This document shows positions 29,738 through 40,074 of a DNA stretch of 64,000 bases, one piece after another. The translations under genes and the position numbers were made by a program. Source of the DNA: Dehalococcoidia bacterium (GTDB taxonomy: Bacteria > Chloroflexota > Dehalococcoidia > UBA2979); the NCBI GenBank assembly GCA_965262725.1, contig OZ253555.1, positions 3,520,001 through 3,584,000 of the forward strand. The letters are read 5' to 3'. Within the stretch, counting starts at the first letter, position 1. Every line of letters begins with the position of its first letter. Under the pieces are notes generated by a model. It worked only from the letters and a program-made list of their open reading frames with translations. It was not told the origin of the DNA and did no database searches.

Positions 29738-29933
29738 GCCGACCATCCCCCGCGCGGACCGCCGTTCCCCGAGCGACGGCCCGCGGCCGACCCGCCCGGT
29801 TCCGTGGTCTCCCACGCATCCGTTGTTCGGCACATCCGTGTAGGTGACTGCGCGAACGGGCGTGCGATCCGCCGGACGGCGATACTAGCCGCCCGTGCGC
29901 ATGCCTGTAAAGCTCGCGCGCCGCGGTCGGGTG

Positions 29934-31163
29934 CTACTCGGCCGCGTCGAGCGAGAACGCGTCGTGGAGGGCGCGGACGGCCTCGGGCACGCTCCGGGCG
30001 TCGACGACGCAGGTGATGCGGATCTCCGACGTCGAGATCAGTTCGATATTGACACCGTGCGTGTAGAGCGTCTCGAACATCGCCGCGGCATAGCCGGGGC
30101 TCGAGGCCATGCCGGTCCCGACGATCGAGACGGAGCCGACGTCGCTGTCCCCGTAGACGGCGGCGGCTCCGAGCTCCGGCAGCACCGCCTCGACCGTGCG
30201 GAGCGCCCGATCGAGCTCCTCGGAGGCGACCGTGAAGGTCAGGTCGGTGAGCTGCTCCGTCGAAACGTTCTGCACGATCGTATCGACGGAGACGCCGGCG
30301 TCCGCGAGCGGGCTGAAGAGCCTCGCCGCGATCCCGGGCCTGTCGGGGACTCCCCGCACCGTGACGCGGCCCACGCGAGCCTGGTGGGCGATCCCGCGGA
30401 CCTTGTTCGACTGCTCCATCACCGCCTCCGCGTGAATCAGCGTGCCGGGGGCCTCTTCGTCGAAGGTGCTGACCACCCGGATCTCGACGCCGTAGAGCGC
30501 CCCCACCTCGACGGCGCGGGCGTGCATCACCCGCGCTCCCGTCGTCGCCAGCTCGAGCATCTCATCGTAGCCAATGTCGACCAGCGGGCGGGCGCTGGGG
30601 CAGATCCGCGGGTCGGCGGTGTACACACCCGCCACGTCGGTGTAGATCTCGCAGGCGTCGGCGCCGAGCGCCGCCGCCAGCGCGACGGCCGTGGTGTCGC
30701 TCCCGCCGCGGCCGAGCGTCGTGACGTCGAGATCCGCCGACTCCGAGATGCCCTGGAATCCCGCGACGATGACGACGCGGCCGGCCGCGACCTCGCGCTC
30801 GATGCGAGCCGTGTCGATGCCGGCGATGCGCGCGCGGCCGAAGACCGCATCCGTGCGGATACCGGCCTGCTGGCCCGTGAGGCTCACCGCGTCGAGGCCG
30901 TGATCGTGGAGTGCCATCGAGAGCAGGGTGGAGGAGACCACCTCCCCGGTGGAGAGCAGCACGTCGAGCTCGCGCGGGCGGGGGTCTACCGTCACCTCCG
31001 TCGCGAGCGCGATCAGTTCGTCCGTGCGGTTCCCCATCGCCGAGACGACCGCAACCACGCGGTCTCCGGTGGCCGCGCGCGTCGCGATGCGGCCGGCCAC
31101 GTGGCGGATCTTCGCGGCGTCGGACACGGAGGAGCCGCCGAACTTCTCCACCACCAGCACCAC
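29934..31163 (-). CDS. lysC: Aspartate kinase
   Basis: KFGGSS, TTLGRGGSDTTA, IYTDVAGVYTADPR, two ACT domains; internal ME at the usual beta-subunit start. Confidence 0.95.
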   Translation of the reverse strand: MVLVVEKFGGSSVSDAAKIRHVAGRIATRAATGDRVVAVVSAMGNRTDELIALATEVTVDPRPRELDVLLSTGEVVSSTLLSMALHDHGLDAVSLTGQQAGIRTDAVFGRARIAGIDTARIEREVAAGRVVIVAGFQGISESADLDVTTLGRGGSDTTAVALAAALGADACEIYTDVAGVYTADPRICPSARPLVDIGYDEMLELATTGARVMHARAVEVGALYGVEIRVVSTFDEEAPGTLIHAEAVMEQSNKVRGIAHQARVGRVTVRGVPDRPGIAARLFSPLADAGVSVDTIVQNVSTEQLTDLTFTVASEELDRALRTVEAVLPELGAAAVYGDSDVGSVSIVGTGMASSPGYAAAMFETLYTHGVNIELISTSEIRITCVVDARSVPEAVRALHDAFSLDAAE

Positions 31164-31194
31164 GCGTCCCCCTCGCCGAGCGGGGCTCACTCGT

Positions 31195-32121
31195 TCAGCT
31201 GCGGGCGGGCTCCCCGACCGCCCCGTCGACGAGCGTCGCCCCCTGACGGCTCATGCCGCAGATCCGCGCCTCCGCCTCGAGTCCGCGGGCCGCCGCCGCT
31301 TCCCGCATCGCTCCCGCGACGTGCTCCGCCCGCTCGGTCACGAAGGCCGCCACCGTGGAGCCTCCGCCCGAGAGATAGACCCCGTGCGCCCCCGCCGCGA
31401 GCGCCGCACGAAAGACCGCCGGCATCGCCGGGAAGAGCGTCGCCCGCGCCGGCTGGTGCAGCACGTCCTCGGTCGCCACGGCGAGCAGCTCATAGCGGCG
31501 TTCGGCCAGGGCAGCGACGAGCATCGCGGCGCGCCCGATGTTGTGCACCGCCTGATTCCGCGTCAGCCGCTCCGGGAGCCGCTCGCGCGACTCGCGCGTC
31601 GGCATGGAGAAGCTGGGGACCAGCAGCGCGATGCGCAGGTCCTCCGGAGGGTCGACGCCGAGGCGGTGAAGCTCTCCCTCGCCGCCCTCCGCGACCACGA
31701 TCTGCAGACCGCCCAGGAGGGCGGGCGCCGCGTTGTCGGCGTGTCCCTCGAGCCTCGCCGCCACCTGAAGCAGCGCCTCGACCGAGCGCTCCCCCGGAAG
31801 CAGCGCGTCGGCGGCGACCACGCCCGCGACGTGCGCCGCCGCCGAGAGACCGAGGCCGCGCCCGACCGGAATGTCGCCCGCGACGCTCACGCGCACACCG
31901 GCGGGGGGAGCCTCCCCCGCCAGCAGGTGGAGCGCCCGGACCCCCGCTGCCGCCATGCGCTCGAGCGGAGGTTCGGGCGTCGGGAGCGGATCGTCGACCA
32001 GCATCAGCGTGAATCGCGCGCGCCAGTCGAGCGCCACGCCGAGGCTGTCGAAGCCCGGCCCGAGATTGGCGGAGGTCGCAGGGACCTCGACCGTGGCGCT
32101 CCGGAGCGGGGGGACGGCCAT
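31195..32121 (-). CDS. thrB: Homoserine kinase
   Basis: VPATSANLGPGFD, IPVGRGLG, EGHADN, LSGGGST. Confidence 0.95.
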   Translation of the reverse strand: MAVPPLRSATVEVPATSANLGPGFDSLGVALDWRARFTLMLVDDPLPTPEPPLERMAAAGVRALHLLAGEAPPAGVRVSVAGDIPVGRGLGLSAAAHVAGVVAADALLPGERSVEALLQVAARLEGHADNAAPALLGGLQIVVAEGGEGELHRLGVDPPEDLRIALLVPSFSMPTRESRERLPERLTRNQAVHNIGRAAMLVAALAERRYELLAVATEDVLHQPARATLFPAMPAVFRAALAAGAHGVYLSGGGSTVAAFVTERAEHVAGAMREAAAARGLEAEARICGMSRQGATLVDGAVGEPARS

Positions 32122-32191
32122 GACGGAAGTGTAGACACCGCCCCCGGAGCGAGGAAGGCTGCCCGCGCGTGGGCGGCGGCGCGGCTTGCCG

Positions 32192-32857
32192 TCAGCGAGC
32201 GCCGGGGTCCGGCAGCGTCCCCGCCCGCAGCGCCCGCAGCCGCTCCCACGCCCGATCACAGAGCACGGCCGGGGCTTCACGCCCGTCGAGCACCAGCCAC
32301 CGTCCGGGCTCGGCCTCGGCGAGCGCCCGGTAGCCCGCCCGGACGCGCTCGTGGAAGGCGATGCCCTCCCGCTCCAGGTAGTCACCCGCCTCGCCCGCCC
32401 GCGCCAGTCCCTCCGCCGGGGGGATGTCGAGCAGGAGCGTCAGGTCGGGTGCCAGCCCGCCAGTCGCGGCCGCGTTCACCGACGCCACCAGGGCACGGTC
32501 GAGCCCGCGTCCGCCGTGCTGATAGGCGAGTGTCGAATCGGCGTAGCGATCGCAGATGACCAGCGCCCCGCGGGCGAGCGCCGGGCGCAGCACCTCCGAG
32601 ACGAGCTGCCCGCGCGCGGCCGCGAAGACGAGCAACTCCGCCTCGGGCACCGGCGCCGGCGCGCCCGGGGCGTCGCCGAGGAGCGCCCGGCGGAGTCGCT
32701 CGCCGAGCGCCGTACCCCCGGGCTCACGGCACGCCACCACCTCGCCGCCCGCGTCTCGCGCGCGCGCAGCGAGCATCGCCTGCAGCGTGCTCTTCCCTGC
32801 GCCCTCACCCCCCTCGACCGTCACGAGGAGACCCCGGGCGGGGAGGGGGATGCTCAT
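32192..32857 (-). CDS. tmk: Thymidylate kinase
   Basis: EGGEGAGKST, REPGGT, DRYADSTLAYQ. Confidence 0.95.
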   Translation of the reverse strand: MSIPLPARGLLVTVEGGEGAGKSTLQAMLAARARDAGGEVVACREPGGTALGERLRRALLGDAPGAPAPVPEAELLVFAAARGQLVSEVLRPALARGALVICDRYADSTLAYQHGGRGLDRALVASVNAAATGGLAPDLTLLLDIPPAEGLARAGEAGDYLEREGIAFHERVRAGYRALAEAEPGRWLVLDGREAPAVLCDRAWERLRALRAGTLPDPGAR

Positions 32858-34560
32858 TCGACCGCCGCGGCGTCGTCGTCGGCATCCACCCACGGCGCCC
32901 ACGGCTCGGGCCTCTCCCCCGCCATCACGGTGAGCCGCCGGTAGGGCTCCCGACCCCGGGAGACCGAGCGCAGACCGTGGCGCGAGACGAGCTCGTGCTG
33001 GACGCGGCGAAGGTAGGCGCCCTGGGGCGCGAGCTCGACACTCCGCCTCCCGCGCAGGGAGACGGTTGCGATCGCCATTTCCGCCTCCCGGAGCGCCGCC
33101 GTCGTCGGATCGGCGTCGGCGCCGGCACCGCGCATCGCGAGCAGTGACTGCTCCATCTGCACGACCGTGTTGTTGCGGAGCACGAGCACCGGAACGCCGA
33201 GCGCCTCGGCCTCGCGCAGCGGGCCGCTGCGGCGGCGGTAGTAGGGGCGCAGCGTCATCACGGCGTCCGCCTCCCGGAGGCTGTCGGCGACGATCGCCTC
33301 CGAGCGCGTGCTGACGATCGCCTGCTGAAGCCGCGTCCGGCTCACCCCGTAGGGGAGGATGCGCCGCTTCAGGGCGCCGGGAGCGGGGGCGACCGCCGCG
33401 CCGCCCGACGCGGCGCCCGGGGGCGGTACCGGGGTCCGCCCCCGGGCAGGGGCCCCCGCCGGTCCGTCCGCCACCACCGACCGCTCGCCGATCGGCCTCA
33501 CGGGCGAGCGCCCCACCGACTCCACCTCGCCCGCGGCGCCGAGCGTGCGCAGCTCCGCCTCCGCCGCGAAGCCGCGCAGCAGCGCGTCGACGATACCGGC
33601 CAGCTCGCCGTGCACCGCGACCCGGTGGAAGCTCTGGATCTCGACCAGCGCGTCGAAGGTCGGCGGGGCGCGCCGCTCGAGCACCGTCTTCTGCGTTCCG
33701 CGGCGCCGCGCCTCCTCGTCGCCGAGCGTGACCGACTCAATGCCGCCGATCAGGTCCGAGAGCGTGGGGTTCTGCATCAGGTTGGCGAGCGTGTTCCCGT
33801 GCGCCGTCCCGATCAACTGCACGCCGCGCTCGGCGATGGTCCGCGCCGCCGCCGCCTCCCGCTCGGTCCCAATCTCGTCGATCACGACGACCTCGGGCAT
33901 GTGGTTCTCCACCGCCTCGATCATCACCTCGTGCTGGAGCTCAGGGCGCGGCACCTGCATGCGCCGCGCCCGGCCGATGGCGTGGTGCGGTATGTCCCCG
34001 TCGCCGGCGATCTCGTTCGACGTGTCGACGATGACGACGCGCCGCCCGATGTCGTCGGCGAGGATACGCGCCAGCTCACGCAGCATCGTCGTCTTGCCGA
34101 CCCCGGGGCGGCCGAGCAGCAGAATGCTCCGCCCATCCTCCGCCAGATCCTGGATCCCGCTGGCGGAGCCGGTGATGGAACGCCCGACGCGGCAGGTGAG
34201 CCCGATAATCGACCCGCGGCGATTGCGGATCGCCGAGACGCGGTGAAGCGTGCGCGGGATGCCGGCGCGGTTGTCCTCGCCGAACTCCGAGACCGATCCG
34301 ACCACGTGATCGAGCTCGAGCGCCGTGACCTCGCCCGAGCCCAGGATGACCTCGCGCGAGGCGTAGCGGGCCGCCGGCGGGCGACCGAGGTCGAGCACGA
34401 CCTCGATCAGATCCTCGAGCCCCTCCTCGCGGACCGCGCCCGCGATGCGCGCGGGCAGCGCCTCGATCAGGAGCTCGACCTCGGGGAGGCCCTCCCCTCC
34501 GGCCCCCTCCGGTGCGGCGACCTCGCCGCGGGCGTCACCCTCGTTCGGAGCGTCGTTCAT
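32854..34560 (-). CDS. Ycf45/SpoIIIAA-like AAA ATPase with C-terminal R3H domain
   Basis: GRPGVGKTT, DTSNEIAGDGDIPH, AVENHMPEVVVIDEIG, RRVQH (R3H). Confidence 0.9.
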   Translation of the reverse strand: MNDAPNEGDARGEVAAPEGAGGEGLPEVELLIEALPARIAGAVREEGLEDLIEVVLDLGRPPAARYASREVILGSGEVTALELDHVVGSVSEFGEDNRAGIPRTLHRVSAIRNRRGSIIGLTCRVGRSITGSASGIQDLAEDGRSILLLGRPGVGKTTMLRELARILADDIGRRVVIVDTSNEIAGDGDIPHHAIGRARRMQVPRPELQHEVMIEAVENHMPEVVVIDEIGTEREAAAARTIAERGVQLIGTAHGNTLANLMQNPTLSDLIGGIESVTLGDEEARRRGTQKTVLERRAPPTFDALVEIQSFHRVAVHGELAGIVDALLRGFAAEAELRTLGAAGEVESVGRSPVRPIGERSVVADGPAGAPARGRTPVPPPGAASGGAAVAPAPGALKRRILPYGVSRTRLQQAIVSTRSEAIVADSLREADAVMTLRPYYRRRSGPLREAEALGVPVLVLRNNTVVQMEQSLLAMRGAGADADPTTAALREAEMAIATVSLRGRRSVELAPQGAYLRRVQHELVSRHGLRSVSRGREPYRRLTVMAGERPEPWAPWVDADDDAAAVE

Positions 34561-34618
34561 CGCCGCCCACTCGCTCTCCCGGCCGGACGTGGCGCGGCGC
34601 CGCCCCCCGGCCGCACCG

Positions 34619-35626
34619 CTAGCTCCCGCCCGCCACCACGACGCCCGCACCGCGTCGGGCGGCTTCCACCACCACGCGGCGCGTCCGTATCGCCAGCAGC
34701 TCCACTTCGCGACCGGGCATGAGCCCATGCTCGCCGAGCAGCCCCTCCACCGCCACGGCGGAGCGCGGCACCAGCGAGACGACCCGCCCGCACCGCGCCG
34801 TCACGTCGTGGGCGTGCCACAGGAGCGCCCGGCCGCCCTCCCGGCTCTCTCGTGCGGCCGCCCGCGAGACGCCGCCCTCCGGCTCCCCCGCGCCCGACGG
34901 TTCGCAGAGGAGATCCACCTGTCCCTGCGCCCCCTGGGCGCTGACCCGCACCGCCGCGACCAGGCGGCCCCCCGACTCCGCCACCCAGTGGCGTCCGCGG
35001 CGCCCCAGCCAGCGGCTCCCGTCAAGCGCCCGCCACTCGGCGAGCGTGAGCCCGAGCGCCCGTCGGGCGTCGACCGGCGTCTGGGCACTGTACAGGCGGA
35101 AGAGCTCGCCCTCGTCCTCCGCGCGGACCTCGCGCACGACCACCGACGACCGACCCCGCCCCTCCGCGGGGCGCAGGCCCGACCCCGTCCAGAGGCGCTC
35201 CGTCGACACGTGCCGGAATCCCGCGCGAAGCGCCGCGCTCACGGCGGCGGCGGCCGGCGTGCGCAGCAGGACGTGGCCCACCCGCTCCGCGGCCGCCGCC
35301 TCGGCGACTCGCCGCAGCAGCCGGCCGGCGATGCCGACGTCGTCCGCCTCCGGCTCCGGCCGCGCGGTGAGCAGCGTGTCGATCTGCCAGGCCTCGCGGG
35401 TCGCCATGCGCTGAGCCGTCGCCACACCCGCTATCCGGCGCCCCTCGATCTCGAACCACGCGAGCCCGCGCAGGCGGATCCAGCTCTCGACGGCGGTCAC
35501 GATCGGGCGCCGCACCGGCCGGGGGCGGGCGAGCAACTCGCGCGTGACGGCCTGGTTCTCGCCGAGCCCGTCGTCCGATAGGGCGAGCGCGAGCAGGTCG
35601 GCCGGACGCGGCAGGCGGCGGCTCAT
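34619..35626 (-). CDS. Hypothetical protein, possible tandem GNAT-like fold
   Basis: DDVGIAGRLLRRV...AGFR resembles GNAT motifs A/B; ATGA overlap with pdxT stop. Confidence 0.55.
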   Translation of the reverse strand: MSRRLPRPADLLALALSDDGLGENQAVTRELLARPRPVRRPIVTAVESWIRLRGLAWFEIEGRRIAGVATAQRMATREAWQIDTLLTARPEPEADDVGIAGRLLRRVAEAAAAERVGHVLLRTPAAAAVSAALRAGFRHVSTERLWTGSGLRPAEGRGRSSVVVREVRAEDEGELFRLYSAQTPVDARRALGLTLAEWRALDGSRWLGRRGRHWVAESGGRLVAAVRVSAQGAQGQVDLLCEPSGAGEPEGGVSRAAARESREGGRALLWHAHDVTARCGRVVSLVPRSAVAVEGLLGEHGLMPGREVELLAIRTRRVVVEAARRGAGVVVAGGS

Positions 35627-36288
35627 GCGGCGGGTCCCGTAGCCCCCGCCACCCCGTGGGCGAGCGCCTCGCCGGCGAGCGCGAGGAAGAGTTCGTGCAG
35701 GCGCGAGTCGTCGGTCAGCTCGGGGTGGAAGGCCGTGGCGAGGAGCGCCCCCTGCCGGGCGGCCACGACACCCCCGTCGGGCCGGCGCGCCAGCGGCCGA
35801 ACGGCCGGACCCAGCTCCTCGAACACCGGCGCGCGGATGAAGACCGCACGATGCGGCCCTCCGGCGATGCCGTCCACCGCGAGCATCTCCTCGAAGGAGT
35901 CGATCTGCCGTCCGAAGGCGTTGCGACGCACGCGCATCGCCATCACACCGAGCGGCTCGCGATCGAGCTCCGGAACGTCGTTCGCGAGCAGGATGGCGCC
36001 GGCGCACGTACCCCATGCCGGCATCCCCCCGGCGAGCCGCTCGCCGAGCGGCTCCCAGAGCCCCGACGAGCGCGCGAGCCGGGCGATCGTCGTGCTCTCT
36101 CCCCCCGGGAGGATCAGCGCGTCGACCGCGTCAAGCTCGGGCGGGGTGCGCACGAGCGCCGCCTCGACGCCCAGGTCGAGCAGCATCCGCCGGTGTTCGC
36201 GGAAGTCACCCTGCAGCGCGAGCACGCCGATGCGCGGGCCGCCGGCCGCCGCGGCGGCGCCGTCTGCTCCGCTAGCGGGCTCCCTCAC
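35623..36288 (-). CDS. pdxT: PLP synthase glutaminase subunit
   Basis: GVLALQGDFREH, PGGESTT, GTCAG, VFIRAP, FHPE. Confidence 0.96.
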   Translation of the reverse strand: MREPASGADGAAAAAGGPRIGVLALQGDFREHRRMLLDLGVEAALVRTPPELDAVDALILPGGESTTIARLARSSGLWEPLGERLAGGMPAWGTCAGAILLANDVPELDREPLGVMAMRVRRNAFGRQIDSFEEMLAVDGIAGGPHRAVFIRAPVFEELGPAVRPLARRPDGGVVAARQGALLATAFHPELTDDSRLHELFLALAGEALAHGVAGATGPAA

Positions 36289-36392
36289 GGCGCTGTTGCT
36301 GGGCAGGGGGTTCCTCTCTGACGCGCCCGCTGGGCCACGAGCGCGATCGCCTCAGCCGGCCGCCTCGCGGCCGGGCACGCGCCGGTCCGGCG

Positions 36393-37349
36393 TCAGATCC
36401 CCCGGGCGGCGAGCTGCTCACCGGGGGCAAGCGACCCGACCGCGATGCCGCGCATCGGCTCGCCGATGCCGCGGGAGACCTCGGCGAGCATCGCCGCATC
36501 CTGGTAGTGCGTCACCGCCCGCACGATGGCGCTCGCCATGCGGGCCGGGCTGTCCGACTTGAAGATGCCGGATCCGACGAAGACGCCGTCGGCCCCGAGC
36601 TGCATCATCAGCGCGGCGTCCGCCGGCGTCGCGACACCGCCCGCCGCGAAGTTCACGACCGGAAGTCGCCCCAGCCGCTTCACCTCCTGAACCAGCGGGA
36701 GCGAGACGGCGAGCTCCTTCGCGAGCGAGGGGAGCTCGTCCTCCGGCGTCGACTCGGCGCGGCGTATCCCGGCCCACACGGCGCGCATGTGCCTCACCGC
36801 CTCGACGATATCGCCAGTTCCCGCCTCCCCCTTCGTCCGGATCATCGCCGCGCCCTCGGCGATGCGCCGGAGCGCCTCGTCGAGACCGCGGGCGCCGCAG
36901 ACGAAGGGGACGCGGAAGCGGTGCTTGTCGATGTGATGCTCCTCGTCGGCCGGCGTCAGCACCTCGGACTCATCGACGTAGTCGACGCCGATGGCCTCGA
37001 GGATCTGGGCCTCGACGAAGTGGCCGATGCGGGCCTTCGCCATGACCGGGATGGTGACGGCCTCGCAGATTCGCTCGATCAGGTCGACGCGGCTCATCCG
37101 CGCCACGCCCCCCGTGGCACGGATATCGGAGGGGACGCGCTCCAGCGCCATCACAGCGCAGGCACCCGCCTCCTCGGCGATCCGGGCGTGCTCCTCCGTG
37201 ACGACGTCCATGATCACGCCGCCCTTGAGCATCTGCGCGAGGCCGGACTTCACCGTCCACGTCGCCGCCTGCGCGTCGTCTGCGTGAGCACCGTTGTCCC
37301 CGGCCAGCGCCGCATCGCCGGTCGCGTGCCCTGCTGCCGAGTCGTTCAT
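36393..37349 (-). CDS. pdxS: PLP synthase lyase subunit
   Basis: [34 protein letters not shown]. Confidence 0.97.
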   Translation of the reverse strand: MNDSAAGHATGDAALAGDNGAHADDAQAATWTVKSGLAQMLKGGVIMDVVTEEHARIAEEAGACAVMALERVPSDIRATGGVARMSRVDLIERICEAVTIPVMAKARIGHFVEAQILEAIGVDYVDESEVLTPADEEHHIDKHRFRVPFVCGARGLDEALRRIAEGAAMIRTKGEAGTGDIVEAVRHMRAVWAGIRRAESTPEDELPSLAKELAVSLPLVQEVKRLGRLPVVNFAAGGVATPADAALMMQLGADGVFVGSGIFKSDSPARMASAIVRAVTHYQDAAMLAEVSRGIGEPMRGIAVGSLAPGEQLAARGI

Positions 37350-37441
37350 CGGTCCTCCCCGCGCCCTGTGGCGTTCTGACTGCTATTGTATCGCGCGCGC
37401 AGCTGCCGGTGGCGCCGGCGCGCTCCTGCTACGCTCCCCAG

Positions 37442-38026
37442 ATGAGGTCGCCGCCGGAAAGCCCGTGGATCGCCCGCCGCGCGCTACCCGCCGACGTGTT
37501 GATCGGCCTGATCGCCGACACGCACATCCCCGAGGCGCGCGCGACGCTCTGGGAGGAGGTCTACAGGGCCCTCGACGGCGTCGGCGCGATCCTCCACGCC
37601 GGCGACATGCACGACGTGGTGGTGCTCGACTGGCTCGAGCGGGTCGCGCCGGTGATCGCGGTGCGCGGCAACGGCGACGACGGCGGGAGCGGACGACCGG
37701 TGCAGCCGCACGATTCGCGGCTCGCGCACAACCAGGTGGTCACGGCCGGCGATCTCCGCATCGGGATGACGCATACCTTCAACGATCTGACCGCCCTCGG
37801 CACGAGCGTCGCGCAGCAGATCGCACGCCACTTCGGCGAACCCGTCGACGTCGTGGTCGCCGGCGACACGCACGTGCCCGAGGTGACCGAGCTCGGCGGC
37901 GTGCTGCTGGTGAACCCCGGCTCTCCCACCCTGCCGCGCAACCTCCAGACGCAGCTCGGGACCGTCGGCTTCCTCGACGTGCGGGCGGGGCGCGTCGCCG
38001 ACGCCTGGATCGAGCTCCTGCACTGA
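37442..38026 (+). CDS. YfcE-like metallophosphoesterase
   Basis: ADTH, HAGD, VRGNGD, GDTH, NPGS. Confidence 0.88.
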   Translation: MRSPPESPWIARRALPADVLIGLIADTHIPEARATLWEEVYRALDGVGAILHAGDMHDVVVLDWLERVAPVIAVRGNGDDGGSGRPVQPHDSRLAHNQVVTAGDLRIGMTHTFNDLTALGTSVAQQIARHFGEPVDVVVAGDTHVPEVTELGGVLLVNPGSPTLPRNLQTQLGTVGFLDVRAGRVADAWIELLH

Positions 38027-38132
38027 CGGGGAGCGCGCCCCCTCCGGGCCATCCTCCGCAGGCGGCGCCCGCCGCGCGCCCGTGTCCGCGCACCACGGCC
38101 CGGCGCCACTCCGGCTGGCCGGGCGCACTCCG

Positions 38133-38161
38133 TTGACACCCCGCCCGACGCCGCCTAGCAT
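38133..38161 (+). promoter_or_regulatory. Near-consensus sigma70 promoter of the USP-trkA-pheA-fpg operon
   Basis: TTGACA-N17-TAGCAT. Confidence 0.7.
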
Positions 38162-38198
38162 CCCGCCGAGCGCGCGGGCGAAGGCCACCGGAGGCGCC

Positions 38199-38420
38199 GT
38201 GCGACGAGTCGATCTCGTGCTCGGTTGGAGCTTCCTCGCCGGCGGCTCCGTAGCGCTCCTCGCCGTCGTCGCGACAGCGCAGTGGGTCTCCATGGGCACG
38301 CTGCTGGGCGCGGTCATGCTGGCGAACGCAGCCGTGCGGCTCCGCCTCGCTCACGGGGACGCCGCATTGTCCGGGCCCTGTCCGCGGAGAGACGGTCCCG
38401 CGCCGTCGGTGGGGCGATGA
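38199..38420 (+). CDS. Small 2-TM membrane protein
   Basis: GGAGG RBS then GTG; two hydrophobic segments; ATGA overlap with USP. Confidence 0.6.
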   Translation: MRRVDLVLGWSFLAGGSVALLAVVATAQWVSMGTLLGAVMLANAAVRLRLAHGDAALSGPCPRRDGPAPSVGR

Positions 38421-38917
38421 CCCCCGACCCGCTGGCGAACCTGAGGTCGCTTCTGGTCCCGATCGACGACTCCGGGGCCAGCTGGCAGGCGCTCTCCGTC
38501 GCCTGCGACATCGCCCGCCGCGGCAAGAGCCGCCGCGTCCTCGCCATGCACGTGATCGAGGTACCGCGGCGCCTCCCGCTCGACGCCGAGATGGTCGCGG
38601 AGTTCGAACACGGCGATCGCATCCTCGAGCGCGCCGAATCGCTGGCGCGTGCGCAGCGCGTCGACATCGCCGCCGACCTCGTGCAGGCGCGGGAGGCGGG
38701 GACCGCGATCGTCGACGAGGCCAGGGAGCGCGGCGTGGACGCGATCGTCATCGGGATCGACTATCACCGGCCCCACGGCACCTTCCAGCTCGGTCGTCTC
38801 CCCCGCTACGCGCTCGAGCACGCCCCCTGCGAGGTCTGGTTGATCCGGTACCCGCCGGAGCCGGACTCAGCCGGCGCGTCGGGGGCCCGGCGCGACGACG
38901 GCACCGAGAACGGCTAG
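38417..38917 (+). CDS. Universal stress protein
   Basis: LLVPIDDS, AIVDEARERGVDAIVIG, HAPCEVWLI. Confidence 0.9.
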   Translation: MTPDPLANLRSLLVPIDDSGASWQALSVACDIARRGKSRRVLAMHVIEVPRRLPLDAEMVAEFEHGDRILERAESLARAQRVDIAADLVQAREAGTAIVDEARERGVDAIVIGIDYHRPHGTFQLGRLPRYALEHAPCEVWLIRYPPEPDSAGASGARRDDGTENG

Positions 38918-38947
38918 CCTCGTGCCCGGACGACCGGGGGGACGAGC

Positions 38948-39382
38948 ATGAGAGTCATCGTCATGGGCTGCGGTCGCGTCGGATCCACCGTCGCCCGGCG
39001 TGTCGCCGCCGCCGGCCATGCGGTGACGGTGCTCGACACCGACCGCTACTCCTTCCGGCGGCTGGCCCCCGGCTTCCCGGGCCAGTCGCTCGTCGGCGAC
39101 GGGACGCGCCACCGCTCCCTGGAGGAGGCCGGCATCCGCGACGCGGACGCCTTCCTGGCGCTCACGCAGGGCGACAATCGCAATATCCTCGCCTCGCAGA
39201 TTGCGAAGCACCTCTACAGCATTCCCACGGTCGTGACGCGCGTCTACGACCCGTACCGCGCCGAGATCTTCGGACAGCTTGGCCTCAACACGTTCAGTCC
39301 CACCAACGTCGGCGCGGACATGGCGTGGGCGGCGCTCTTCGGCAGCGAGGACCCGGCCGGCGCCGCGGCGGCCAGGGCGTAG
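38948..39382 (+). CDS. TrkA-N (RCK) single-domain protein
   Basis: MRVIVMGCGRVG, GDGT, TQGDNRN. Confidence 0.9.
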   Translation: MRVIVMGCGRVGSTVARRVAAAGHAVTVLDTDRYSFRRLAPGFPGQSLVGDGTRHRSLEEAGIRDADAFLALTQGDNRNILASQIAKHLYSIPTVVTRVYDPYRAEIFGQLGLNTFSPTNVGADMAWAALFGSEDPAGAAAARA

Positions 39383-39384
39383 CG

Positions 39385-40074
39385 ATGTACATCATCGTCG
39401 TCGGCGGCGGGCGCGTCGGGCGGGGTCTCGCGCTCGAGCTGCAGGAGCAGCCCGACCACGAGGTCGTCGTGATCGAGCGCGGAGCGGAGCGCGTCACGGA
39501 GCTACGCGAGGAACTCGGCGAGATGGTGGTGCGCGGCGACGGCACGGAGGTGGCCCTGCTCGAGAGCGCCGGCGCCTTCCGCTGCGATCTCCTGATCTCG
39601 CTCACCGACAACGACGCGCACAACCTCGTCGCCTGCCAGGTCGCGGCGCACCATTTCGGCGTGCCCCGCACCATCGCGCGCGTCGACGACCCGAGCAACG
39701 AGCGGCTCTTCCGCCTGCTCGGGGTCGGCGAGACGATCTCGGCGGCACGGGCCGTGATGGCGCAGATCGAGGCGACCCTGCCGGAGCACACCGTCGTCCC
39801 GCTGCTGCCGCTGCACAGCTCGGGCCTGCAGATCGTCGAACTCCACGTCCAGCCGGGCTCGCCTGCATGCGGCAAGGCGATCCGGGATCTGGTCCTGCCG
39901 CAGCCCTCCCTGATCTCGCTGGTGATCCGGCCGGACGGTGAGCCCAGGATCCCCAGCGGGGACACGGTGCTCCAGGCGGGTGACGAGGTGATCGCGGTGA
40001 CGCCCGAGGACGCGGAGGCGCAGCTGCGCGCACTGATCGCCACCCCGGACCAGCCGCCCGAGGAGCAGGCGTGA
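39385..40074 (+). CDS. TrkA-N + TrkA-C potassium-uptake regulatory protein
   Basis: IIVVGGGRVG, GDGT, IPSGDTVLQAGDEV. Confidence 0.9.
   Translation: MYIIVVGGGRVGRGLALELQEQPDHEVVVIERGAERVTELREELGEMVVRGDGTEVALLESAGAFRCDLLISLTDNDAHNLVACQVAAHHFGVPRTIARVDDPSNERLFRLLGVGETISAARAVMAQIEATLPEHTVVPLLPLHSSGLQIVELHVQPGSPACGKAIRDLVLPQPSLISLVIRPDGEPRIPSGDTVLQAGDEVIAVTPEDAEAQLRALIATPDQPPEEQA

Noticed and set aside
29853-29866. LexA-box-like CGAAC-GGGC-GTGCG upstream of dnaE
   Set aside because: Mismatch in the conserved GTTC half-site and a GC-rich spacer; this is the replicative DnaE, not ImuC/DnaE2.
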